From Candidatus Sysuiplasma jiujiangense (GTDB lineage: Archaea; Thermoplasmatota; Thermoplasmata; Sysuiplasmatales; Sysuiplasmataceae), in the NCBI GenBank assembly GCA_019721075.1, contig JAHEAD010000004.1, positions 62,001-126,000 of the forward strand: 64,000 bases of DNA, in the 5' to 3' direction. Both the position numbers and the translations under genes were made by a program. A model generated the notes under the pieces. It saw only the letters and a program-made list of their open reading frames with translations. It was not told where the DNA came from and searched no databases. Positions 1 to 8,830 of this stretch are shown piece after piece. Position 1 is the first letter of the stretch; every line of letters starts with the position of its first letter.

Positions 1-251
1 ATTTCACTGTCCATATCACCAACACTGAATGCAATGTGATCCAGCTGATCTCCCTCTGTATACGGCCTTCCGTCATTCCACATTGTGAGTTCGATGTTAT
101 GCGTCGTTCCTTCAGTCCCGAGAAATGCAATTTCCGCATTGTTCTGCGGTATTTCATGTCTTCTGATAAGCTTCATTCCCATAATTTCTGTGTAAAATTT
201 TATACTCCTGTCCATGTCCTTTACCGTGACGGAAGTGTGCAATAGTTTCAT
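1..251 (-). CDS. VOC/glyoxalase I family protein (runs off the window edge; not in ORF track)
   Basis: Manual translation from ATG at 251: MKLLHTSVTVKDMDRSIKFYTEIMGMKLIRRHEIPQNNAEIAFLG...IELT...DHIAFSV, a typical VOC pattern (H..V.D...S..FY...G; IEL; HIAF). Confidence 0.85.
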   Translation of the reverse strand, partial: MKLLHTSVTVKDMDRSIKFYTEIMGMKLIRRHEIPQNNAEIAFLGTEGTTHNIELTMWNDGRPYTEGDQLDHIAFSVGDMDSE

Positions 252-308
252 TCAACCATATCAGAGAAATAAATTGGTCTATAAATCAAATTGCATTCTC
301 GGTTGAAA

Positions 309-953
309 TTAACAGCTTTTCGTATCGCATACAAGACCGTTATGTTCCAAAAATCCCCTGAGCTTCTCTGTAGATGAATAGAGATGTGATAAAATTCCTA
401 TATTATTTGCAGCTTCAACGTTCTCAATTGCATCGTCCACAAACAGACATCTGGCTGATGATGTGCCTGCTGTTTGCAGGGCCACATCGAAAAGTCTTCT
501 ATCCGGCTTAAGCATCTTATGCTGGTATGAAAGAACGGTAACATCAAAAAGGCCGTCTATCCCCTTCAAGCTTCTGATGAGTTTCCATGTATATTCCGGC
601 ATGTTGCTTACCGCTACAATTCTGACATTATTCTGCTTCTTAACCTTCCTGTACAGCGAAATCACGTCTGTTTTTTCTTTCAGGCCCCTGTCATGAATGG
701 CTGAAAACCTGCCCGGATCCATATTCACTCCGAGGGATCGCAGCGTAATTTCTGCAAATACACTGAAACTGATTTTGCCTGCGTCAAATTCCCTTGCGTT
801 TAATTTCATCACCTGATAGGCATGGCCTGCATCTATTCCGTAATTGTTTCCGATGTATTCTGCAACAAAGATGTACGGGTTGCTGATGCATACGCCTCCT
901 ATGTCGGTCAGGAGGGTGCTGTACTTCGACCCTGTCCGAATTTCTCCGCTCAT
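309..953 (-). CDS. HAD-superfamily hydrolase (phosphatase)
   Basis: DIGGV motif I, SN motif II, KPD motif III, FVDD...NV..A motif IV. Confidence 0.85.
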   Translation of the reverse strand: MSGEIRTGSKYSTLLTDIGGVCISNPYIFVAEYIGNNYGIDAGHAYQVMKLNAREFDAGKISFSVFAEITLRSLGVNMDPGRFSAIHDRGLKEKTDVISLYRKVKKQNNVRIVAVSNMPEYTWKLIRSLKGIDGLFDVTVLSYQHKMLKPDRRLFDVALQTAGTSSARCLFVDDAIENVEAANNIGILSHLYSSTEKLRGFLEHNGLVCDTKSC

Positions 954-1008
954 TGTCTTACCGACCCGTAAAATATGTGCATAAATCAGCTGCCTGACCT
1001 GGAGGTCA

Positions 1009-2745
1009 TCAAGTAAATGTTATGGACCTCGAATCTATAAATTTCAACAGTCCTTCAACAAATGAGAAGAGGTCTCCCACTATTGCAAGATCGGCGTAAT
1101 GGAATATTGGCGCATCCCTGTTGCTGTTTACCGCTATAACCTTGCCTGCGTATCTTATCCCCACCACATGATTATCCTGCCCGGAAATGCCCAGGGCGAT
1201 GTATACATCGGGGGATATTGAGAGACCCGTAAGTCCGACCTGCTGCTGCCGCGGTACCCATCCCGCATCAACGATCGGCCTGGAACCGGCTATAGCCGCA
1301 TCGAGTTTCTGAGCAAGTGGGAACACCCTTGCAACGTTTTCTCTGTTCTTCAGACCACGGCCAAGTCCTATGACTATCCGTGAGCTCTGAAGGGGCCTGT
1401 ACGTGCTCTCGACCGCTGTGAAACCCCTTCTCTTCACCCTTGGCTTTCCCGCAATACTGATTCTTTCAACACGCATTGGTGCGCTTCCGGTTTTCCTGCG
1501 AAGCATTCCGGGCCTTACCGTAGCCATCTCCGGCTTTGTTTTCGATGTAATTGCCGCAACGAGTCCACCGCCAAAAGCCGGTTTGTACTGAATGAGGCTG
1601 CCGTCTTTATAGGCAAGATCAATGCAGTCCGCTGTCAGGCCCAGGCCCAGTTTTGCGGCGACAGATGACGAAATTTCACGCCCGTCCACCGTTGAAGGAA
1701 GTACAACAAACATCGGTTTTTCAGCCGATATGCATGCGGCTAGTGTTTCAGCTATCAGCTCATTGTCTGTGCAATCCGTGTAACGGTAAGAATGGCACAG
1801 CATGCCCTGCAGTCTTTCGGGTTCGACATTTCCTGTCATCCTCACAAATGAATTGGTCCCGGCTGATATTTCCGCCAGTTTTGAAGAAATTTCGAAGGCA
1901 GTCTGGGCGTCATTCAGCGCGACACCCCAGATTTCACCGTTCAGTGAAGTGCTTTCCCGGAGTGTAATTGTCTCCACGTTTCCGGCTGGTCTGCTCTTAA
2001 GCATTTCCACCACCCGATTGAATGCCGCATCACCCAATTCAACAAATTCAGGCTTCCTCAGGTTCTCAACTTTATCCGTCCGGATTACAACTGTCGGCGA
2101 ATCGGCTCCCCTTATGCCGCTGTTCAGCTGTGTTTCGCCGACAGTTGAAACCTTGCTGTCAAATTCCGGCGAAGCGGGGGCAGGCATCCTTGCCCTGTTT
2201 ATCTTTTCACTTACCGAAATCACAGCCGGAAGAGGTACCTCGAAGGACGTCAGTCCATCCTCTCTTTCCTGTTCCGCAATGATGTAACTGTTTTCAGCCT
2301 CGAATTCTATTTTGGAAACAGAGGATTTGAATGAATATCCTGTCATCTCCGCTATTTCAGGAGGGACCTGGGAAGTCTCGCCGTCAAGCGAATATTTGCC
2401 GGCAAGGACAATATCAGGACTGATAGATCTGACAAATGTGGAAAGAACCTTTGATGTAATATAGGTGTCAGCGCCGGCAAACTCCCTGTCAGTGATCAGG
2501 TAGCCCCTGTCTATTCCCATTCTAACTGATTCCACGGCAACATCCTTTGCTGACGGCGGTCCCATAGTCACAACCGATGTCTTTCCACCAATCCTCTCCT
2601 TGATCCTCAGTGCTTCCTCCACCGCCTTTCTGTCAAAAGCGTTCATCAGGAGGGGAACACCCTCCCTTCGAATCCTCATTGTCGCAGGATCGAACTGTAT
2701 TCTGTTGACATCCGGTATCTGTTTTACAAGAACGAGGACGTGCAT
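1009..2745 (-). CDS. Fused electron transfer flavoprotein beta+alpha (FixA/FixB-type fusion)
   Basis: N-half VLVKQIPD...FAGADT...DGETSQVP (ETF beta); C-half GLTADC...PAFGG...TVRPG...QQVGLTG...YIALGISG..NH.VG (ETF alpha). Confidence 0.9.
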   Translation of the reverse strand: MHVLVLVKQIPDVNRIQFDPATMRIRREGVPLLMNAFDRKAVEEALRIKERIGGKTSVVTMGPPSAKDVAVESVRMGIDRGYLITDREFAGADTYITSKVLSTFVRSISPDIVLAGKYSLDGETSQVPPEIAEMTGYSFKSSVSKIEFEAENSYIIAEQEREDGLTSFEVPLPAVISVSEKINRARMPAPASPEFDSKVSTVGETQLNSGIRGADSPTVVIRTDKVENLRKPEFVELGDAAFNRVVEMLKSRPAGNVETITLRESTSLNGEIWGVALNDAQTAFEISSKLAEISAGTNSFVRMTGNVEPERLQGMLCHSYRYTDCTDNELIAETLAACISAEKPMFVVLPSTVDGREISSSVAAKLGLGLTADCIDLAYKDGSLIQYKPAFGGGLVAAITSKTKPEMATVRPGMLRRKTGSAPMRVERISIAGKPRVKRRGFTAVESTYRPLQSSRIVIGLGRGLKNRENVARVFPLAQKLDAAIAGSRPIVDAGWVPRQQQVGLTGLSISPDVYIALGISGQDNHVVGIRYAGKVIAVNSNRDAPIFHYADLAIVGDLFSFVEGLLKFIDSRSITFT

Positions 2746-3074
2746 CAGACATCAACCAGTACTTTTGAACCTTCAATTTTTACATTGAATGTCTGAAGCG
2801 GTCTTGCGTCGCCGCCATCCTCAGGACCTGCCAGCACCTCTCCGGTGGAAGGACTGTACGTGGCATAGTGGAAACCACACACTATGTTGCCGTTTTCAAA
2901 TGTCCCTGTCGACAAATCATCATTTTCATGCGTGCATCTCAACGATGTGGCAAATATCTTTTCCCCGCTTCTGATAAGCAGTATTTCCTTTCCTTCGACT
3001 TCCGCCCTGAACAGGCCTGTAGCCGGCATCTCATCAATGTTTGCTGCAAATTGCCATGCCATGGCTTCATCCAA
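2745..3074 (-). CDS. Rieske-type [2Fe-2S] ferredoxin (probable start ATG at 3062)
   Basis: CTH...CGFH Rieske ligand motifs; its TGA overlaps the ETF start (TGATG). Confidence 0.85.
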   Translation of the reverse strand: MDEAMAWQFAANIDEMPATGLFRAEVEGKEILLIRSGEKIFATSLRCTHENDDLSTGTFENGNIVCGFHYATYSPSTGEVLAGPEDGGDARPLQTFNVKIEGSKVLVDV

Positions 3075-3143
3075 TTTTAATCGAATATAAATCGTTCGAC
3101 TTTTCGCTCTGCTAATGCAGAGCGCCCGTCTCCGTTTAGCGCG

Positions 3144-3713
3144 TCATGCATGCACAAGGAGTCTCAGGGCTTCCTCCTTTGTCTCAGGGTGTGTCTCGAA
3201 ATTTCCCCTTATGGCGCTGGACACTGTTTCAGACTGGTGGGATCTGGCCCCTCTCATCTCCATGCACATGTGTCGAGCGGTTACGAGTACCATCACGCCT
3301 TTCGCGTTGAGCTTCCTTGAGAGGAAGTCTGCGAGCTCGCTGGTGAGTTTTTCCTGGACCTGCGGCCTGGATGCAAAGTACTTCACTGTGCGCGGGATCT
3401 TTGACAGGCCGACTATTCTCTCTCCAGGTATGTAAGCTATTGAAACATTGCCGAATATGGGTAGCAGGTGATGTTCGCACATCGAGTAAAAAGGTATGTC
3501 CCTGATTGCGATTATGTCGTGGTATCCAGGATTTTTGAAAGACGTCATTCTGGGCTCATTTTCATTATCCATCCCTGAAAAGAGCTCTGCATACATGCCG
3601 TAAACTCTCCGCGGCGTATTTCTGAAAACCTCTGTCTCCTCATCAACGCCTATCTCCCTGAGAATAGTCCTCACTGCCTCCTCAATTCTTGACTGCGATC
3701 TGGAACTCTTCAT
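3144..3713 (-). CDS. folE: GTP cyclohydrolase I (type IA, bacterial-type)
   Basis: TPRRV, SMCEHHLLP, GLSKIPR, RPQVQEKLT, HMCMEMRG motifs. Confidence 0.95.
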   Translation of the reverse strand: MKSSRSQSRIEEAVRTILREIGVDEETEVFRNTPRRVYGMYAELFSGMDNENEPRMTSFKNPGYHDIIAIRDIPFYSMCEHHLLPIFGNVSIAYIPGERIVGLSKIPRTVKYFASRPQVQEKLTSELADFLSRKLNAKGVMVLVTARHMCMEMRGARSHQSETVSSAIRGNFETHPETKEEALRLLVHA

Positions 3714-3836
3714 TTTTCTCTGGTTTGAGACATTTGCAAAATATAAATAGTTTGAGATTTAAACGAAAACCCCTCTGATAAGCACTTCCCTCGATTTCGC
3801 ATAATTTATTAAGTGAATCCGCGGATAGGCGCTTTA

Positions 3837-4586
3837 ATGAGAAATCTTTCCGGCAGGACAGCTCTGGTCACAGGAGCGGCAAGGAGAATTGGCCGACAGA
3901 TATCGCTTTCTCTGGCGGATTCGGGCTGCGACGTTGTCCTGCACTACAGCCGTTCCGAGAGTGAGGCTCTGGAACTAAAGGGCGAAATTGAGCGAAAAGG
4001 ACAGAGAGCATGGACAGTAGGCCAGACGTTTGATGCAATCGATTCAGCCGACACTCTCATGGCAAGCGTAAAGGAGAAGGCAGGCGACGTTGATATACTC
4101 GTAAACAGCGCATCGGTATTTCCATCCAAATTGGAGACATCGCCGGCGGTGGCCGATTTTGAATCCGTTTTGAGTGTCAATGCGCTGATACCGTGGAGGC
4201 TTTCCATTCTGTTTTCCATGCAGACGGCATCTGGAGACATAGTAAACATACTCGATTCACGTATTTCCGGTCATGACATTGGCAGGCCTGTCTATTATCT
4301 CAGCAAGCAGATGCTCCGGCACGTTACAGAAGAAACCGCATTGAGTCTTGCCCCGTCAATCAAGGTTAACGCAGTCGCACCCGGTCTGGCACTTCCTCCT
4401 CACGGCAGGGGAATCGACTATTTCGAGAAGCTGAAGGATGAAGTTCCACTGAAGACATACGGAAGTCCCGAAGATGTCGTGGATGCGGTGCTCTTTCTCA
4501 TCAGGAGCTCGTTCATCACCGGTCAGATAATATATGTGGACGGGGGACAGCACCTTACTGCCAGGACCTACGGCACTGTACATTAG
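3837..4586 (+). CDS. Pteridine/dihydromonapterin reductase-like SDR (FolM/PTR1 family)
   Basis: TGAARRIG (Arg-containing PTR1/FolM NADPH motif), VNSAS, YYLSK, ITGQIIYVDGG; located in a pterin gene cluster. Confidence 0.8.
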   Translation: MRNLSGRTALVTGAARRIGRQISLSLADSGCDVVLHYSRSESEALELKGEIERKGQRAWTVGQTFDAIDSADTLMASVKEKAGDVDILVNSASVFPSKLETSPAVADFESVLSVNALIPWRLSILFSMQTASGDIVNILDSRISGHDIGRPVYYLSKQMLRHVTEETALSLAPSIKVNAVAPGLALPPHGRGIDYFEKLKDEVPLKTYGSPEDVVDAVLFLIRSSFITGQIIYVDGGQHLTARTYGTVH

Positions 4587-4890
4587 CCGGTTAACAGGAT
4601 TGCAACTATTGTCAAACTGCCGCTGAAATAAACGCGGATGCATTCCACGAAATCCAGTCATTGATACGGCATCGGAGAGAATAAGTATGCCGGGAAACAT
4701 GCTGGCACCGGCAGGGCATCGACATGCCCGTTCATCGTTTGCGCAGGGAACGCAGGCAGGAAATGATCGTGTGTTAGACGGTTTTTCGACTGCGTTTTCA
4801 GCGGAAAACGTACTGTCCGGGCAAGTGAGCTGTTTCATCTCTTAAACATGCATAATACGCTGCCTGCGTCTGCAACAAAGATGTGAGAAC

Positions 4891-5277
4891 ATGACAGACC
4901 AGATCAACTTTTCAGACGACACTGGTAAGATAGTAATTTCAGAATTGAGGCTGCGCTGTATAATTGGAATAAACGAGCATGAACGCCGCATGAAGCAGGA
5001 TGTGCTCATCAATATTGAGATGTGGAGCGATTTTTCGGCTGCCATAAGGACCGATTCCATCGAGAACGCCGTCGATTACAAATCGGTGACAAAGGAGATA
5101 ATCGAAAAGGTTGAATCGTCAAAGTTTTTCCTTGTTGAGTCGCTTGCATCAATGGTCGCTTCCATATGCCTTTCGCATGAACGCGTTTTAAGAGCGGTTG
5201 TTTCAGTGGACAAGCCCGGCGCGCTCCGATTCACGAGAAGCGTAGGTGTTGTCCTTTCGAGAACAAAGAACGGTTAA
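4891..5277 (+). CDS. folB: Dihydroneopterin aldolase/epimerase (FolB/FolX family)
   Basis: LRLRCIIGINEHER..KQ, VDY, FFLVESLA, DKPGA motifs. Confidence 0.85.
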   Translation: MTDQINFSDDTGKIVISELRLRCIIGINEHERRMKQDVLINIEMWSDFSAAIRTDSIENAVDYKSVTKEIIEKVESSKFFLVESLASMVASICLSHERVLRAVVSVDKPGALRFTRSVGVVLSRTKNG

Positions 5278-5278
5278 C

Positions 5279-5806
5279 ATGACTGACATATACGCTGCAC
5301 TTGGATCAAACATCGAACCTGAAACAAATATAGTTCTTGCGGTAAAGAACCTGATGAAGGTTTTCCGGCTGCATTCAATTTCCACTGTTTACAGGACAGG
5401 TCCCCTTCGCAATATGGAACAGCCTGATTATTACAATCTCGTGCTTAGAGGAAGCAGTCTCCTCCATCCTCATGAATTGAAATTTTCGCATTTCAGGCGA
5501 ATCGAGACCAGTCTCGGCCGCGTCAGGACAGCGGACAAGTTCGAGTCCAGGACTATAGACATCGACCTCCTTATATATGGTCAGGAGTGCATAGAAACAG
5601 CGGATTTACGTATCCCCGATCCGGACATCTGGGAAAGACCGTTTCTTGCCATCTGTATCTATGAGTTAAATCCGACACTGGAAATATCATGCGCTTCACT
5701 GGATATCAAATATCTCGCAGGTAAAATGTCGAAGAGGGGAATGACACCCCTGCCAGTTTTCACACGAAAACTCAGACAGTTTTTAACAGACAATGCCAAA
5801 CCATAA
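5279..5806 (+). CDS. folK: 2-amino-4-hydroxy-6-hydroxymethyldihydropteridine diphosphokinase
   Basis: YAALGSNI, QPDYYNLV, IE..LGR.R, SRTIDIDLL, ERPF; ATG 1 nt after the folB stop. Confidence 0.9.
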   Translation: MTDIYAALGSNIEPETNIVLAVKNLMKVFRLHSISTVYRTGPLRNMEQPDYYNLVLRGSSLLHPHELKFSHFRRIETSLGRVRTADKFESRTIDIDLLIYGQECIETADLRIPDPDIWERPFLAICIYELNPTLEISCASLDIKYLAGKMSKRGMTPLPVFTRKLRQFLTDNAKP

Positions 5807-5875
5807 TATCGGCGCGTGAAACTGCAGTGAAAAGTTTAATTTACCGTTACCCTTCATACAAGTCGGGTCGTTTAA

Positions 5876-6694
5876 TTGCCTCCACCTCGTAAAGTTAATT
5901 GTCCGGCGTGCGGTTTTTCCATAAGTGCTACAGCGAAGACATGTGATTTCTGCGGCTATGAGCTCGAAACACAGATGGAGGACACCCCCTCCTCCCAGGC
6001 GTTCAGGTCGGATCTGGTTGAAAGTGAAGCCCGACAGACTGCTTCAAACACCAGGAAAAATGGGAATGGAAAAAAGAACACAGGCAGAGGCGTACGCTCG
6101 AATGTCAGGGAACAGGAGCAGGAGAAGAAAGTGCAGAATGCTCCTGCTCCGTCTCATGCGGCAGAGGAAGGGCCCGCGGATGTTTCCCAGTCTGTTGTTC
6201 CACCGGCTGCTGCTGAGAAGAGAATAAAAGAACTGGAGAAACAGCTCTCTGATGCTGAGAAAGAGCTCGACGTCATATCAAAAATCCTTGCAGAGAGCAA
6301 TGCTGCCGAAACCGGTCAAGGTGCCATCGCACCAGCTTCAGCAGCTGTTTCGGTCACTGAAACAGCTAAAAAGTGGCCAGAGCCTGTGAAGACAGCCGAG
6401 TCCGTCGCTGATCCGAAGTCAGAGACGGGCATGCCTGGAAGGGCGGCTGCCTCCCCGACAGTGCACGAATACAGGAGGACAAAGGGTTCAGGCCTTAGAT
6501 TCAGGATAAAGATGATGGCTGCTGTTCCGCTAGTCGCGGGCATAGCATTGTATCTGGGCGCGTTCGCGCTGTCTGCGCAGCTCGGGTCTATCGAGGAGTA
6601 TTTCCTGCTGATTGCGGGCACGGTGCTTGTTTCGCTCGGCCTTTATTCGTCATTTGAGCCGGTTGAAACGCAGGATATGGGAACAGCTGCGTAA
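5876..6694 (+). CDS. Zinc-ribbon / coiled-coil protein with two C-terminal transmembrane helices
   Basis: CPACG..CDFCG at the N-terminus, low-complexity linker, heptad EKRIKELEKQLSDAEKELD, two hydrophobic C-terminal segments. Confidence 0.65.
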   Translation: MPPPRKVNCPACGFSISATAKTCDFCGYELETQMEDTPSSQAFRSDLVESEARQTASNTRKNGNGKKNTGRGVRSNVREQEQEKKVQNAPAPSHAAEEGPADVSQSVVPPAAAEKRIKELEKQLSDAEKELDVISKILAESNAAETGQGAIAPASAAVSVTETAKKWPEPVKTAESVADPKSETGMPGRAAASPTVHEYRRTKGSGLRFRIKMMAAVPLVAGIALYLGAFALSAQLGSIEEYFLLIAGTVLVSLGLYSSFEPVETQDMGTAA

Positions 6695-6723
6695 ATCAGG
6701 AAACGGGACGGTTCACGCACTTC

Positions 6724-7380
6724 TCAGAGCCTGAGTGCGTCTTCGATGCGGCCTATCTCAATTGGCGTGGTATTATTTCCTGTCAGGGCGCCGCTCGAAT
6801 TGGCAAGAATGCATGCGCCGACAAGGGGAACCCCATAGTTGGCTGTCCCGATCTTGGCTTTTACCTTCAGAACATCCTCAAGCAGGCGCAACTCATCGTC
6901 TGTAACCTCCGGATGGCACAGTACCCCGGAGTTGTTCGCCACGCAGGCCGATCCCACAGTCTTCAGACCGGCGATTGTTCCCTTTGCGGCCTCAACACCT
7001 AGCGTTTCGGCAATCTGTTTTACAGCCTTGTTACTCATCTCAGGATTGACAAGTGCCCCATGATCGTTTGCCACTATGTTGTTGCCGGCAGCGTTGAATT
7101 TATCTTTAAGCACGAGCGTTGGAGACAGCAGCCGAATCCGCGAAAGCTCCGCTTCCGTAATGAATCCGCTGACAACAGCTCCTTTGCTGTTCACAACCAT
7201 AAGGGCACCGACAAGGTTCGTGCCGGCAACCGTGGTCAGGAGCACCTCCGCATTCAGCAGGTTCTTCGCCTTTTCCGATGTTTGCGGCTTAGTACCGGGC
7301 GGCATTATTACGAATCTGTCACATACGGTACCATATATGCCGAGATAATTGCTTCCGCCTACATCTGCAAACGCAATCAT
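6724..7380 (-). CDS. eif6: Translation initiation factor 6 (aIF6)
   Basis: GNNIVANDHGALVNP, GTIAG..TVGS, GTANYG...VG, TTPIEIGRIEDAL. Confidence 0.95.
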   Translation of the reverse strand: MIAFADVGGSNYLGIYGTVCDRFVIMPPGTKPQTSEKAKNLLNAEVLLTTVAGTNLVGALMVVNSKGAVVSGFITEAELSRIRLLSPTLVLKDKFNAAGNNIVANDHGALVNPEMSNKAVKQIAETLGVEAAKGTIAGLKTVGSACVANNSGVLCHPEVTDDELRLLEDVLKVKAKIGTANYGVPLVGACILANSSGALTGNNTTPIEIGRIEDALRL

Positions 7381-7392
7381 CCGGTGCTCTCC

Positions 7393-7671
7393 CTACGGTT
7401 CCTCAGGAAATGAAACCTCCACCAGGCCGTCTTCAAATTTTACAGCCCTTACAGTGATTTTTGTTGGCGGTTTCCTGATCCCCCTGGACCATATGTATTC
7501 GCCAACGTGACCGTCAATCCAGACATTTTCAGCATCCGCTTTCATGTGCTGGACTATGAACTTCCTGATGTGCGCTATGGCCGCTATCGCCCTCCTTGTC
7601 CTCGGAACACCCTTCACGGACTTCAGGCTTATGTTGAAGACAGTTTCTTCGGTTGATATCTCTTCTGCCAT
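7393..7671 (-). CDS. rpl31e: 50S ribosomal protein L31e
   Basis: PRTRRA..AI..IRKF...HMK, IWSRGIRKPP.KI.V. Confidence 0.95.
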   Translation of the reverse strand: MAEEISTEETVFNISLKSVKGVPRTRRAIAAIAHIRKFIVQHMKADAENVWIDGHVGEYIWSRGIRKPPTKITVRAVKFEDGLVEVSFPEEP

Positions 7672-7682
7672 TCAAAAACACC

Positions 7683-7838
7683 TCATCGTTTTGCCCTGCC
7701 CTTGCTCCATGTCCTTCTCTTCGGCTGCCTTAGCACGTTCCTGTTTGTCTTCATCATCACCCAGTGGGGAACCCTGGCATTGACTCTTCCCGCTTTAAGC
7801 AATCTTATTTTCCTTGCAAAAGGCTTATTTCTTGCCAT
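7683..7838 (-). CDS. rpl39e: 50S ribosomal protein L39e (below ORF-track cutoff)
   Basis: Manual translation [51 protein letters not shown]; conserved position upstream of L31e. Confidence 0.93.
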   Translation of the reverse strand: MARNKPFARKIRLLKAGRVNARVPHWVMMKTNRNVLRQPKRRTWSKGRAKR

Positions 7839-7856
7839 GTGAGCACCTGTTTTTAC

Positions 7857-8207
7857 CTATTTTCTCTCTATTGTGATTTCCCTCTTTTTGGGTATAATGC
7901 GATAGAGGAGATCTTTCATCATTTTGTCGTCAATCTTCCTGTTGATTCTGCCCTGAGAGGCAAGCATCATAAGCTGCTGTTCCACATCCGCAACGAGTTC
8001 CGGCCTTGCCATTCTTAAGGCCGCCAGCCGCTCGCGTGCCTCCGGAGTGAGTATACTTCTCAGTATGGCCTGCTTTTGTGCCTGTGCTTCGGCATTTCTC
8101 GACCTGTCATCATTAAGCTGCTGCTCGTTCTCAAGCTGCATCTGCAGTTCGGCGAGTCTCCTTCTGCGGAGCATCTCAAGCTCTTCATCGTCCGGCATTA
8201 CCATCAA
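7857..8207 (-). CDS. DNA-binding protein, PDCD5/TFAR19 family
   Basis: DEELEMLRRRRLAELQ...ILTPEARERL..LRMARPE...VE.QL; conserved S19e operon context. Confidence 0.92.
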   Translation of the reverse strand: MMVMPDDEELEMLRRRRLAELQMQLENEQQLNDDRSRNAEAQAQKQAILRSILTPEARERLAALRMARPELVADVEQQLMMLASQGRINRKIDDKMMKDLLYRIIPKKREITIERK

Positions 8208-8680
8208 CTCTCTGCCTTAACCTTCAATCTGTATTTCTCCATTTCTGGATTTGCCTTGAGGAGTTCCTGCAGCACTTCATGCGCCGTGTCGTCAATCAGG
8301 GAACGCCCCCTGGCTGTAACGACTCGTCCCTGGTTTTTCTGCCGCTGTATCAGGCCGGCCTTTTCAAGCTGCTGGAGTGACAGTCTGGTTATGGACCCGC
8401 TTCCTTTAACGGCAGCATTCGGCTTTGACCCCCTGTCAGATGAGCCTCCGAATTCGGCAGCAAGCCTGGAGGTTCCTATCGGACCCAGCATGTAAACCTT
8501 TCTCAGTACAGCGGCAACCCTTCTGTGCCACCAGTCGGTTTCCGCAGGCGCCTTTTCCCTGTGCCTTCCAGTTTTAACAAACTGTGTCCAGTCTTCAACC
8601 TTGATCGCATCGATATTCCTGAGCTTCGCTGTAAGTGCATCAATCAGATCCCGCGCTGGAACGTCATATCCTGTTGTCAT
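8204..8680 (-). CDS. rps19e: 30S ribosomal protein S19e
   Basis: MTT.YDVP, FVKTG.HRE..P...DWW..R.AA.LRK.Y, QQLEKAGL. Confidence 0.95.
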   Translation of the reverse strand: MTTGYDVPARDLIDALTAKLRNIDAIKVEDWTQFVKTGRHREKAPAETDWWHRRVAAVLRKVYMLGPIGTSRLAAEFGGSSDRGSKPNAAVKGSGSITRLSLQQLEKAGLIQRQKNQGRVVTARGRSLIDDTAHEVLQELLKANPEMEKYRLKVKAES

Positions 8681-8830
8681 GTCGATTCACCGGTGTATAT
8701 CGCAGCCATAACCCTGTCTGGCGGCATTTACTGCTAAATTTCACTAAACTGAATGGTTACTTAAAGATTTCCTGATTTCAGCTGCGATGGCTGCAGCGAA
8801 GCGGCTGTTCGGGGAAGCATCCGGTTCCGT

